Below are positions 34,319 through 44,135 of a stretch of DNA of 64,000 nt, one piece after another. The number at the start of each line of letters is the position of its first letter. Positions within the stretch are counted from its first letter, which is position 1. Source of the stretch: Candidatus Bathyarchaeota archaeon (GTDB taxonomy: Archaea > Thermoproteota > Bathyarchaeia > Bathyarchaeales > Bathycorpusculaceae); assembly GCA_963780185.1 (NCBI GenBank), contig CAWABA010000010.1:58081-122080 (forward strand). The letters are read 5' to 3'. A program made the translations under genes and the position numbers. Under the pieces are notes generated by a model. The model saw only the letters and a program-made list of their open reading frames with translations. It was not told the origin of the DNA and made no database searches.

Positions 34319-35797
34319 TCAACTCGGAGATGATTCACTGGCATGTATCTGCATATTCACCTTTTTCCTGCGCAAGACGGAGGCAGCTACGGCAGCTACT
34401 ACGATTACTAGAACTACCGCCACAATCACTAACACAACAGACAGACTCATGAAACCGCCCAGAGAGAAAGCGCTGGTTGACCCCTGCTTCCACCACTGAT
34501 TCACCGAAGCAGAGTTGAATGTTGACACGTAAGACTGTAGCTGCGACTCGGTGAAGCCGCCTGCCTGAGTCGGCGGAAGCGTCAAAACCTGATTCGTCTG
34601 CACAGTCACGGTGTTGTTTGTCGCGGGATCCATGAAGATGACTGGGCCATCCAAAACTTGGATTTGGGTGGTTCCGTTGGAGAAAACGTTTACGGTGTAC
34701 TCTGTGTTTTGGCCTGCAACTGCACCCTGTGGCACAACTATCAGGTGCGACACGGTTTCTTTGACGTAGGCGACGCCGTTAGGGATGACGAATGCCCCGC
34801 CTTCAATGAATAAGCCAATCGCCGCGGCTTGCCCCAGAGGTTCACTGAAAACCAACACGGCAAGCGCAACGTCCAGCGGTACGGTGTACTTCATCTCGTT
34901 TAGCTGCTCTGCGCCGTTTGGAAAGATGGTTCCGCCTGAGATTTGCGGGTAAATCATGTAGGTGATTCCGTTGTCTGGGGCGGGTTCAGAAGTTAATCCT
35001 ACCCAGCCGCCGTCGCTGTTCGCTCCGAGGTACACGGTTCCGCCCTGGTTAGGCGTTTCAAAAGCCACAATTCCGTTGTTGCCTGTTGCGATTTCGGTTC
35101 CGCTGACAGTTTGTCCAGTTGAAAGAGGGGTGTTCCCGCTTGCTGTAGGAGTCCATACCTGTCCTTTTATTGATGCAATGTTGCCATAGTATCGGCTGTT
35201 TAAAGGCTCATTCGTCGAAGTAGGGGTGGTTGTCGGGTTTAGGGTTGGACCCGCAGTTGCTGAGCTTGTTTGCGTGACTACTATGCCGTTTTGGTCGGTT
35301 GTTTCGGCGGTTCCGCTTAACGTGGCGGTAATTATGCTTGTGGTGAACGTACCCGTCAGCTGCTCCGAGGTTAATTGGCTTCCTGTCTCGTCGGCTGTGA
35401 AACTGGAGCTTGAAACGGTTCCTGAAAAATCAATTTCGCCTGCAACTGGAGGAGCCCCCGTGGTGCCAGGGTACTCTTGACTGTACGCGGAGTCAACAAC
35501 CCAGCTTATCGGGTTCAGGTACAAAGCTATGGTTATTTGGCTGCCGTCTTGAGAAATATCCATCTCGAAGGTTCCTGTCACGTCGGCTTGGCGGATACCA
35601 GTGCCGAAAGCATCCATCTCATAGTAAGTTCCGTTTGATGAACTTCGCCACGTTCCACTCAGGTTCCTTGCGGGGCTAATTGAAGCATGCAGGGGCGCTA
35701 CCGCCGTTGAAAGTAGAATCACAAAACAAATCGCCAAAGCCAACAACTTTGCCGAACCAGAAAATTTGATGCACTTTGTTTTTCGTGTTTTGCCCAT
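34319..35797 (-). CDS. Secreted, C-terminally anchored hypothetical protein (FecR-like C-terminal half)
   Basis: Signal peptide, S/T-rich linker, TEYTVNV..GTTQIQVLDG, C-terminal TM plus RRKK. Confidence 0.7.
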   Translation of the reverse strand: MGKTRKTKCIKFSGSAKLLALAICFVILLSTAVAPLHASISPARNLSGTWRSSSNGTYYEMDAFGTGIRQADVTGTFEMDISQDGSQITIALYLNPISWVVDSAYSQEYPGTTGAPPVAGEIDFSGTVSSSSFTADETGSQLTSEQLTGTFTTSIITATLSGTAETTDQNGIVVTQTSSATAGPTLNPTTTPTSTNEPLNSRYYGNIASIKGQVWTPTASGNTPLSTGQTVSGTEIATGNNGIVAFETPNQGGTVYLGANSDGGWVGLTSEPAPDNGITYMIYPQISGGTIFPNGAEQLNEMKYTVPLDVALAVLVFSEPLGQAAAIGLFIEGGAFVIPNGVAYVKETVSHLIVVPQGAVAGQNTEYTVNVFSNGTTQIQVLDGPVIFMDPATNNTVTVQTNQVLTLPPTQAGGFTESQLQSYVSTFNSASVNQWWKQGSTSAFSLGGFMSLSVVLVIVAVVLVIVVAAVAASVLRRKKVNMQIHASESSPS

Positions 35798-35853
35798 GTC
35801 AATCAGCGCCTATGAACCAGCTATCCATGTTCGATACTTTTTGAATATAAAAC

Positions 35854-36738
35854 TTGTTAACTTCCAGTATGTTTTCCACCGAAAGATCGCCTGCCCAACC
35901 GCCAACCTCTCCTGTTTTCGCGGTGTTTTCCCGTAAAAGTTATAGGTTGAATTGGGTAACCAACGCTTGGATGGCAATGTCACGCAAATGGCACGTATGC
36001 CTCATAGTAGCCCTATCTTTACTAGTTACTTTGCCAGCTCTGCTTGAGCCTACGAATAGTCAAGCAGCAAATCAAATCCAAACCCAACCCAGCCCGCAGC
36101 AAACCATAGTGTTGGACGCAGCCAAATCCTCCGACTTCAACATCTACAACACCAACGGCACCGCACCCGCTATCAGCGGCAACTCAACAACGCTCTACGC
36201 CAGCGACAAAACAGACGTCTACAGCGACATCGTTTCATACACAACCGTAACCGCGCAGAAAAACCTGGTTCTGCAAGCCTCAGCCGCAGCCAACGTCAAA
36301 AGCTTCTCGAGCACGGGCGGGGACCAATTCGCGATTTTCGCCGCCGACGACACGTCAAAGTACAAGGGAGACGAGTTCGGGTTTGTTCTTCCCGAAACAG
36401 GCGACACATGGTACGCCTACATCCAGTCGCCGCATCTGCCCGGCTGGTTCATTTGGACCCCCGTGCTCAAGCTGGATTCTTCTACGGCAACGCACAGTTT
36501 AGAGGCTGTTTACTCCAAAGCTGGCTTGCTTTGCCAAGTCGATTTTTACGTCGACGGCAAACAGGTCTGGGCGACCCTTTACCCCAACGTTTCAAGCCAA
36601 AACTTCCACATGGCATTATGCTCCCATAAAGTAAGCAGCCAAAACATAGACATCAGCCAAAACATGATGACAGTCCAAGCCGCGTCTTTCACGTCACAAA
36701 ACGACTCGGCAAAGAGCTTTTCGGCTGGGTTGCTGTAA
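35854..36738 (+). CDS. Secreted hypothetical beta-rich protein
   Basis: Signal peptide from MSRKWH (near 35977); VDFYVDGK suggests a lectin-like beta sandwich. Confidence 0.65.
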   Translation: MLTSSMFSTERSPAQPPTSPVFAVFSRKSYRLNWVTNAWMAMSRKWHVCLIVALSLLVTLPALLEPTNSQAANQIQTQPSPQQTIVLDAAKSSDFNIYNTNGTAPAISGNSTTLYASDKTDVYSDIVSYTTVTAQKNLVLQASAAANVKSFSSTGGDQFAIFAADDTSKYKGDEFGFVLPETGDTWYAYIQSPHLPGWFIWTPVLKLDSSTATHSLEAVYSKAGLLCQVDFYVDGKQVWATLYPNVSSQNFHMALCSHKVSSQNIDISQNMMTVQAASFTSQNDSAKSFSAGLL

Positions 36739-36859
36739 CTTATCCAATTAGCCTATTTGTTTTCAATTGGGAAACCGGGTGCTGTCAAGTTAAGTTACCC
36801 GACGCGAAAAAACATTTTCTCAAAGTCTTAAATACGTAATGTTAGAAAGTAGAGGGGGG

Positions 36860-37501
36860 ATGAATTTGGAATTAATCGAAGTAAATCCTGATAATGAAAT
36901 GGGTTCAAGAGATTTATCTCAAAAAATAATTCAAGGTCTAATGAAAACTGAAATTGTTGATGTTGTTGGAATGGGTTCAAGCATTGGAACATCGATTGCT
37001 GGAATAAATGCCGCAAGAGCGATTGCAAATGTGAACATTCAATGTGCGTCTATAGATTACGTCACCTTAACTGCATCTTACAAGCCTGATGCTATATTTG
37101 TTGAACTCAGTAGATTCCCCTCAGAAACTCCGCCCGTTGTGAAAAAGTTTGAAGAAGAAGATTACGAAACACGGAAAGCAAGAACAGTCAGTGTTTCAAG
37201 AGAAGATAGACTAGAAGCTATTACCAATATAATTCTTTGGAAAATCAATAAGAATGAAACGGTAAAAGTCATGGCCTCTGGTTTCGCAATCCCTACAGCC
37301 ATAAAATCAGTTCTTCAAGTAACCACTACGCAAATTTCCAAAAACCCCGTGGGGATAACAGGGATAATCCTTGATTCAGTTGAACGCGGAACTGGTACGG
37401 GCAAATTAATTCCTGCAATTCAGATTTACATCGAAAAGAACAAAGAAACTCTACATTCTATTCGCCATAACGAAGTTTTGAAGAAAATAACGGCTAGGTA
37501 A
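36860..37501 (+). CDS. Tandem Alba-like domain protein
   Basis: Two repeats of the Alba pattern: VDVVGMGSSIGTSI...IQCASID...DAIFVELSR and VKVMASGFAIPTAI...ITGIILDSVE...PAIQIYIEK. Compare Alba ViKARGrAIsrAV...V..I.I.TE...S.IEI.L.K. Confidence 0.6.
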   Translation: MNLELIEVNPDNEMGSRDLSQKIIQGLMKTEIVDVVGMGSSIGTSIAGINAARAIANVNIQCASIDYVTLTASYKPDAIFVELSRFPSETPPVVKKFEEEDYETRKARTVSVSREDRLEAITNIILWKINKNETVKVMASGFAIPTAIKSVLQVTTTQISKNPVGITGIILDSVERGTGTGKLIPAIQIYIEKNKETLHSIRHNEVLKKITAR

Positions 37502-37508
37502 ACTGTGC

Positions 37509-37986
37509 TTGGGCGTAATCGCTGTCGATAGCAGTGGCACATTTGAAATTCCGCCAATTTGGGTTGTTGCTGTAAGAAAAGTGGATTCACAGAAACACAT
37601 TGCATTAGAGATAAGTGTGGCAGATTGTGCAACTTATAAGAAGAGACTTGGCGTTAATTATAGGGAAAAGGTTTCGGCTGCTTTTATCTTCAAATCAATA
37701 CAATCTGTGATTAAGACCACCGATTCAATTGAAATTGACAAGGATTTTTTAGGTGACCGTCAGAAATATGTTAGGCAGTGCTTGAATCGATTGTTTAGTG
37801 AATTTTATAATGGCAATCAACTGAGCAACCCAAAAATAGATTTTATAACAATCCGTAGTAGTAAAGGTAAACAGCATGTTAAACTAGCACATAAAAAAAC
37901 ACAACTGAGCTAGACACGGAAAATTAAAAGACCCTCATGTTAAAAAATGCCCTGACTTGTCCTATTTAATTGATTACCTCAAATAA
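37509..37986 (+). CDS. Small RNase H-fold-like (DUF3800-like) protein (frameshift near 37907)
   Basis: N-terminal IAVDSSG strand, IEIDKD, late helix HVKLAH. Continuation ARHGKLKDPHVKKCPDLSYLIDYLK* in another frame. Confidence 0.45.
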
Positions 37987-37988
37987 GA

Positions 37989-38128
37989 CCTCATCTGTCC
38001 ATGAGTACCGTTTCATCGCGCACTCGGCGGTCGCTACATGGGCAATCATCTGAGGAGAGTTGTTGTGACGCCTACAACCAATTGTTGCAAGGGTCAAACT
38101 CGCGTATTAGCCCTCGGGTTATGAGCAA
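37989..38128 (+). ncRNA. Candidate structured RNA directly after the DUF3800-like gene
   Basis: Nested stems CCTCA/TGAGG, TGTCCATG/CATGGGCA, ACCG/CGGT; hairpin GTTGT/ACAAC; AGGGT/GCCCT with crossing AACTCG/CGGGTT. Strand is inferred. Confidence 0.4.
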
Positions 38129-38574
38129 AATTATCTTAAAAAGCACATTCAAAAAGCCAACATGGTCACTACTCTCAAAGGTTGGCAGGTTTAGTTCATT
38201 TTCCTTTTTCTTTTTCTCCATTTTTTGTCCCGAACAAGAGTTTGGCTAATCACACCAACTCTAACAGTGTAGAGCAAAGAAGTTACTTATAATATTTATT
38301 ATTAGAAAAACAATATTATTTATCTGACTCACCTGATTGTGACCATTCGTTTTAGGCGATTTTCATATTCGTTTTCCGTTATGATGCCCTTTTCAATGAG
38401 TAAATCTGACTAGAGCACAGTGACTAAAGTCTAAGATGTCTATTTCGTCTAAAGGGTTGGCTTTGTTCTATTGCGGCCAACATCGGATCAACGCCCACCA
38501 AAAAAAACACTCCCAGAAAAACCTTCAGGCAACCAAATCAAAAAATAAGCCAAGCAACCTCGAACCGAAAAACC

Positions 38575-38765
38575 CAGCGCCCATAACCGACAATATTCGA
38601 CAATGCCTTCAACATCGAGTCAACATACAAAGTCGCAATCCGCCCATCCCAAAGTCGCAATGTTCAAGCCGAAGACAAACCCAAAACAAAAAAGCAACCC
38701 AAAACGCAACCTGCCACCGCGGAAAGTCGCAACTTTCACCAAAACAAAAGTCTCAACTTAAATTT
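38575..38765 (+). repeat. Dispersed intergenic repeat, subtype A copy 1 (~190 bp, AAAGTCGCAA iterations)
   Basis: Colinear with the reverse complement of 56590-56772, e.g. GAGTCAACATACAAAGTCGCA(A/T)TCCGCCCATCCC(A/T)AAGTCGCAA. Confidence 0.85.
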
Positions 38766-39096
38766 ATTTACAAACCAGCAAAACCAGAATCCATTTCTTA
38801 GCGGGTAAAGATTTAAGTGGGACAGTTATGCTTTATGTGCAAGGTGCAATTTAGTGCCAACTCACGGAAGTTTATCGAAAGCTGGAAAAGTAAGGTCTCA
38901 AACGCCGAAAATCGAAGCGAAGCCAAAAACATCGCCAAGCCCAAAAAACAGAAACAGACGCAACTACGAAAAACGCACGATTATGCAACGCAAGGCTGGC
39001 CAAAACTGGGTCTAAACCTCAGCAAAACTGTTTTTTCAAGCCTTAAATTTTCTTTCGTTTTAGTGTAGTTTATTTATCTGTTGACTTAACCATATT

Positions 39097-40710
39097 TTGG
39101 TTCCCTTGACCTTGACGGATAAAGAGTTTGCCCTGCATGAAATCATCGATGCACTAATGGAGATGCCGCAGGCAACTCGGGACGATTTAAACCGTCTCAA
39201 AATGAAGGCGGCTGGCAAATACAAGCTTTTGGAGGTGCCGTCGAACTCTGAGTTAATCAGCGTTCTAACGCCCCAGCAAACCAAGCGGCTTTTGCCTATC
39301 CTGCGCAGGAAAACAACCCGCACCATCTCAGGCGTCACCGTCGTAGCAACCATGACTAAGCCTTACCCTTGCCCGCAGCCTGAACCATGCGCTTACTGCC
39401 CAGGTGGGCCTTCGCAGGGAAGTCCGCAAAGCTACACGGGGCATGAGCCAGCGGCGATGCGCGGAGCCCAAAACAACTTTGACCCGTACCTGCAAGTCAC
39501 AAGCCGCATAGAGCAACTCACCGCCATCGGACACAAAGTGGACAAAGTCGAGTTAATCATTATGGGCGGAACTTTCCCAGCCACACCCACGGAGTACCAG
39601 ACCTGGTTTATCCAGCGGTGTTTGGACGCGATAACGGGGAAAGTCTCCGCCAGCTTGGAAGAAGCCAAAGCCAACGCGGAAACTAGCGCGGTGCGCAATG
39701 TGGGCATTACTGTGGAGACGCGTCCTGACTGGGCAAAACAAAGCCACATCGACGCAATGCTGGACATGGGCGTTACCCGCATCGAGGTTGGCGTGCAGAA
39801 CCCCGACGACAGCATCTACCGTTTAGTCGGAAGAACCCACACCGTAGCCGACGTGGAGGAGGCGACGCGGGTTGCTAAGGATGCGGGGCTCAAAATCGTG
39901 TACCACATGATGCCTGGAATGCCTGGCTCCAACAGAGAAAAGGACCTTGCCGCATTCAAACGCGTATTCACCGACCCCGCCTTTAAGCCTGACATGATAA
40001 AGATTTACCCGTGCCTCTGCATCGCAGGCACAAAAGCTTATGAATGGTACCAAAAAGGCACGTACACCCCGTACACGACTGAGCAAGCCGCGGAGCTTGT
40101 CGCCGAAGTCAAACGTTTCATTCCGCCTTGGATACGAGTCATGCGGGTTCAACGAGACATTCCCTCGCACCTGATTTTGGCAGGCGTCAAGAAAAGTAAC
40201 CTGCGCCAACTCGCCACGGAGCGGCTGCTGCAGGAAGGCGGCAGATGCCAATGCATCCGATGTCGAGAAGTGGGGCACCGACTGGCAGTTGACAATGTCG
40301 CGCCAGATTTGGAGAAAATCCAGATCCGCAGCTTCTGCTACGACGCATCGGAAGGCAAAGAAGTTTTCATTTCGGCTGAAGATTGGGAAAACGACGTTTT
40401 GCTTGGCTATTTGCGTTTGCGTGTTCCCTCCGCGAAGGCTCACCGACCCGAAGTCACCGCCGTCCCATCCGCGATTGTTCGGGAACTTCACGTTTACGGA
40501 CCCTTGGTGCCTGTTGGGAAGCATTCGGCGGGCGCGTGGCAGCATAAGGGTTTTGGCGCTGACTTGCTGATGGAAGCCGAGCGCATGGCACAGGTGGATT
40601 TTGGTCTCAAAAAGCTTTTAGTCATCAGTGCGTTAGGAACAAGAAGGTACTACATGCGTTTCGGTTACGAGCGCGATGGAGTTTACGTTTCCAAGAAATT
40701 GGTGAATTAG
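39097..40710 (+). CDS. elp3: tRNA uridine(34) 5-carboxymethylation radical SAM/GNAT enzyme Elp3
   Basis: RTISGV, CP...CAYCPGG, PQSYTG.EPA, MGGTF, ETRPD, CIRCRE, RELHVYG, WQHKGFG. Confidence 0.96.
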   Translation: MVPLTLTDKEFALHEIIDALMEMPQATRDDLNRLKMKAAGKYKLLEVPSNSELISVLTPQQTKRLLPILRRKTTRTISGVTVVATMTKPYPCPQPEPCAYCPGGPSQGSPQSYTGHEPAAMRGAQNNFDPYLQVTSRIEQLTAIGHKVDKVELIIMGGTFPATPTEYQTWFIQRCLDAITGKVSASLEEAKANAETSAVRNVGITVETRPDWAKQSHIDAMLDMGVTRIEVGVQNPDDSIYRLVGRTHTVADVEEATRVAKDAGLKIVYHMMPGMPGSNREKDLAAFKRVFTDPAFKPDMIKIYPCLCIAGTKAYEWYQKGTYTPYTTEQAAELVAEVKRFIPPWIRVMRVQRDIPSHLILAGVKKSNLRQLATERLLQEGGRCQCIRCREVGHRLAVDNVAPDLEKIQIRSFCYDASEGKEVFISAEDWENDVLLGYLRLRVPSAKAHRPEVTAVPSAIVRELHVYGPLVPVGKHSAGAWQHKGFGADLLMEAERMAQVDFGLKKLLVISALGTRRYYMRFGYERDGVYVSKKLVN

Positions 40711-42069
40711 ATGAGTCAACTTGAAAATTCGGGTTATCGGGGCGCAGCGTTGGATGCGCTTAAAGCTGCAGACTGCGAAGTCGGCGACATCGTTCGGGTT
40801 ACAAGCAAAGGCAAAACCTACGAAGGCATCCTCATCCCCCGCTCAGAACTCGGCGAAGGCACCGTAGTCATCATCAAAATCAAAAGCGGCTACAACATCG
40901 GGCTGCGCATAACGCCGCAGGACAAAGTGGAAAAAGTCGGGAAAGGCACCAAACCCGCGTTTGCCGCGCCGCCTCTGCCCAAGCAGAACCCAGCGTTGCC
41001 CCATGTCGTAATCATGAGCACGGGTGGAACAATCGCCAGCCGAGTAGACTACCGAACAGGAGCCGTCAGATCCGCGCTTTCTGCAAGTGACCTCTACGGC
41101 GTGGTCCCCGAACTCAGCGACGTCGCCCGCGTAGACACCGAAATAATCTTCAGCTTATACAGCGAAAACATCACTCCGCATCATTGGACGGAACTCGCCC
41201 AAACCGTCGCCCAACGGATAGATGCTGGTGTGGACGGCGTAGTTATTGCGCATGGCACGGACACGATGGCTTACACTTCTGCGGCGCTGAGTTTCGCATT
41301 GCAGAACCTGCCTGTCCCAGTCATCGTCGTCGGCGCCCAGCGTAGCAGTGACCGTCCCAGCAGCGACGCAGCAACAAACCTCATCGGCGCAGTGAAAGCC
41401 GCTGGAGAAGCGCCTTTTGCCGAAGTCGGCTTAGCCATGCACGAGCACGTTTCAGACATCAGCATCGTAGTTCACCGAGGCACGAAAGTGCGCAAGTGCC
41501 ACACTAGCCGACGAGACACCTTCAAATCCATCAACGGGTTCCCATTGGCAACAGTGAAAAACCAGCAGGTAACCATGGTGGCAGATAAGTACCTGCGCCG
41601 CGACCCTAAGCGGAAGCTGGTTTTGAAACCGAACTTCTGTGAAAAAGTGGCATTAATCAAGTTTTATCCTGGGCTTGACAGCGCCGTCATTGACTGGTAC
41701 GTCGAAAACGGTGTTAAAGGCATCTTGCTGGAAGGCTCAGGGTTGGGGCATGTGAGTAAATTCTGCTTCGACAGCATCAAAAACGCCGTTTCCAAAGGCG
41801 TTGTGGTCGCTTTGGCTTCGCAGTGCATCTGGGGACGGGTAAACATGAACGTTTACGACACAGGAAGAGACCTCCTCTCTTTTGGCGTCATCCCAACAGA
41901 CGACATGTTCCCAGAAACCGCACTTGTCAAACTCATGTGGGCTCTGGGGCAAACCAGCAACCCGCAGGAAGCCGCCAAACTGCTCAAAACCAACGTGGCA
42001 GGGGAATTTTCTCCGAGAACGCTTCCGCAAGACGAAATTGTTGAAGGAGACCAAAAAAATGTCAGTTGA
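40711..42069 (+). CDS. gatD: Glu-tRNA(Gln) amidotransferase subunit D
   Basis: TGGTIASRVDYRTGAV, HGTDT, QRSSDRPSSD, KCHTSRRD. Confidence 0.96.
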   Translation: MSQLENSGYRGAALDALKAADCEVGDIVRVTSKGKTYEGILIPRSELGEGTVVIIKIKSGYNIGLRITPQDKVEKVGKGTKPAFAAPPLPKQNPALPHVVIMSTGGTIASRVDYRTGAVRSALSASDLYGVVPELSDVARVDTEIIFSLYSENITPHHWTELAQTVAQRIDAGVDGVVIAHGTDTMAYTSAALSFALQNLPVPVIVVGAQRSSDRPSSDAATNLIGAVKAAGEAPFAEVGLAMHEHVSDISIVVHRGTKVRKCHTSRRDTFKSINGFPLATVKNQQVTMVADKYLRRDPKRKLVLKPNFCEKVALIKFYPGLDSAVIDWYVENGVKGILLEGSGLGHVSKFCFDSIKNAVSKGVVVALASQCIWGRVNMNVYDTGRDLLSFGVIPTDDMFPETALVKLMWALGQTSNPQEAAKLLKTNVAGEFSPRTLPQDEIVEGDQKNVS

Positions 42070-43954
42070 CTACGCCAAAGTCGGCTTAAAAGTTGGGTTG
42101 GAAATCCACCAGCAACTCAACGCCAAAACCAAGCTGTTCTGCAGTTGCCCGCCTGAACTCTTCAAAGAAGCGCCAGAAATCACTTTCCTGCGGCGTCTGC
42201 GACCTACCCAGAGCGAGCTTGGGCAAGTTGACCCAGCAGCCTACTTCGAATTCCAGAAAGGCGTCAAAATCCTCTACGAAGCCAGCAAAGCCAGCTCGTG
42301 CCTTGTGGAGATGGATGAGGAGCCGCCGCACCCAATAAACTTGGAAGCCGTAGAAATCGTTTTGACGCTTTCATTGATGATGAACGCGGCGCCCGTGGAT
42401 GAAGTTCACGTCATGCGCAAAACAGTCATCGATGGCTCCAACACAACGGGTTTCCAACGTACCTGCACCATTGCCTCGGACGGCTGGATTAAGGTTGGAG
42501 AAAAAGTTATCCCGATTCAGGCGCTGTTCCTTGAGGAGGATGCCGCGCGCAAGACGGGAACGATGGATGAAGGCAAGACCATCCGTTACCGCATCGACCG
42601 CTTAGGCATCCCGCTTGTAGAAATTGCCACTGGACCCGTTATCTACTCGCCGATGGAAGCGCAGGAAGTCGCCCTTGTCATAGGTAGGATTTTGCGGGAC
42701 ACGGGCAAAGTCATGCGTGGTTTAGGCACGATTCGACAGGACGTCAACGTTTCTCTGCCAAACGGCGCCTTAATCGAAATCAAAGGCGTCCAGGAGCTCG
42801 AATTAATCTCAACGGTGATTGAATATGAAGTCAGTCGGCAACTCGGACTCATCGAAGTCAAAGAGGAACTTGCAAGACGCGGCGTAAAAACCGAAGCACT
42901 CAAACCCGAATTGGTTGACGTCACCTCGATCTTCAAGGAAACAAAAAGTAAAGTCATCCGAAAAGCCGTCGACAAACACCAGAAAGTCATGGCTGTCAAG
43001 CTACCCTGCTTCGCTGGCTTGCTCAAACGCGAGCTTATGCCCGATTTTCGGGTTGGAACAGAACTCTCGGACCGCGCCAAGTTCTGGGGCAGAGTCGGCG
43101 GCATCTTCCACAGCGACGAAATGCCAAACTACGGCATCACGCCCCAAGAAGTAGAAGCCGTCAGCAAAGCCGTATGCGCAGGCGAGGCGGACGCCTTTGT
43201 TTTCGTAGCTGACACCGCCGAAAATGTCGTTGACGCCCTCAAAGCCGTTGTTGAACGGGCACAGGAACTCGTTACGGGCGTTCCAGCTGAGACACGCACT
43301 GCGAAAGACGACGGCACAACACGTTACATGCGTCCACGCCCAGGCGCCGCAAGAATGTACCCTGAAACCGACATCCCACCCCAGCCCATAACCGACGAAT
43401 TAATCGCCAAAATCCGCAGCAACCTGCCCGAACCAACAGAAAAGAAAGTCGCACGCATCACCAAACAATATGGGCTCAACGAGAAACTGGCGAAGCAACT
43501 TGCCGATTCAGAATACATGTTCCTATTCGAAGACCTTGCAAAGATAAGCGGCGTTCAAGCTTCCACGGCGGCTGCGTTTTTAACAGAAACACTGAAGGCG
43601 CTGAAGCGCGAAGGCATCCAAATCGAAGCCGTCACCGAAGAACAAATCATAAACATCTTCCACGCCGTCGGCTCAGCAGAACTCGCCAAAGAAGCACTCC
43701 CCGAAGTTTACAGCTGGCTCTCAAAGAACGAAGGCAAAACAGTGCATGACGCAATAGCAGCTTTAGGGTTGAAAATGTTCACCGAAGCCGACTTGGCGCC
43801 AATTATTGACCGCATAGTCGCAGCCAACAAGGCGCAGGTGGACAAACTGGGCAAAGGCGCCTACGGCATGCTGATGGGTGCGGTGATGAAGGAAGTGCGT
43901 GGAAAAGCCAATCCCGAACTCGTCGCCAAACTCCTAAGAGAACGCCTACAATAG
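42059..43954 (+). CDS. gatE: Glu-tRNA(Gln) amidotransferase subunit E
   Basis: Start MSVDYAKVGLKVGLEIHQQL, IDGSNTTGFQRT, RPRPGAARMYPETD. Confidence 0.96.
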   Translation: MSVDYAKVGLKVGLEIHQQLNAKTKLFCSCPPELFKEAPEITFLRRLRPTQSELGQVDPAAYFEFQKGVKILYEASKASSCLVEMDEEPPHPINLEAVEIVLTLSLMMNAAPVDEVHVMRKTVIDGSNTTGFQRTCTIASDGWIKVGEKVIPIQALFLEEDAARKTGTMDEGKTIRYRIDRLGIPLVEIATGPVIYSPMEAQEVALVIGRILRDTGKVMRGLGTIRQDVNVSLPNGALIEIKGVQELELISTVIEYEVSRQLGLIEVKEELARRGVKTEALKPELVDVTSIFKETKSKVIRKAVDKHQKVMAVKLPCFAGLLKRELMPDFRVGTELSDRAKFWGRVGGIFHSDEMPNYGITPQEVEAVSKAVCAGEADAFVFVADTAENVVDALKAVVERAQELVTGVPAETRTAKDDGTTRYMRPRPGAARMYPETDIPPQPITDELIAKIRSNLPEPTEKKVARITKQYGLNEKLAKQLADSEYMFLFEDLAKISGVQASTAAAFLTETLKALKREGIQIEAVTEEQIINIFHAVGSAELAKEALPEVYSWLSKNEGKTVHDAIAALGLKMFTEADLAPIIDRIVAANKAQVDKLGKGAYGMLMGAVMKEVRGKANPELVAKLLRERLQ

Positions 43955-43970
43955 CCTCCCTTTTCCTTTT

Positions 43971-44033
43971 GTCTACAAACCTTGACTAAACCCGAGGCGC
44001 TTAGTCCACAAACCTAGACAAGAACCCTTTAAT
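43971..44033 (+). promoter_or_regulatory. Tandem degenerate palindromic operators plus TATA-like element
   Basis: GTCTAC-AAAC-CTTGAC (43971-43986) and GTCCAC-AAAC-CTAGAC (44004-44019); TTTAAT at 44028. Confidence 0.55.
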
Positions 44034-44135
44034 TTGCTTAAAGCGGTTTGGTTTTTTGGGAAAAGCATGAGAAGAAGATGTGCTTTGATAATTGCGTTTG
44101 TCCCGCTAACGGGTTTATTCAACGGCAAGCACAGC

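Noticed and set aside
38436-39068. K/Q/N-rich ORFs here and at 10790, 21665, 50682 and 56538
   Set aside because: They are translations of A/C-rich repeat DNA lacking stop codons, with no protein-like features.
41882-42058. N-terminal extension of GatE in the ORF track
   Set aside because: It overlaps gatD. The conserved start is ATG 42059, preceded by GGAG.
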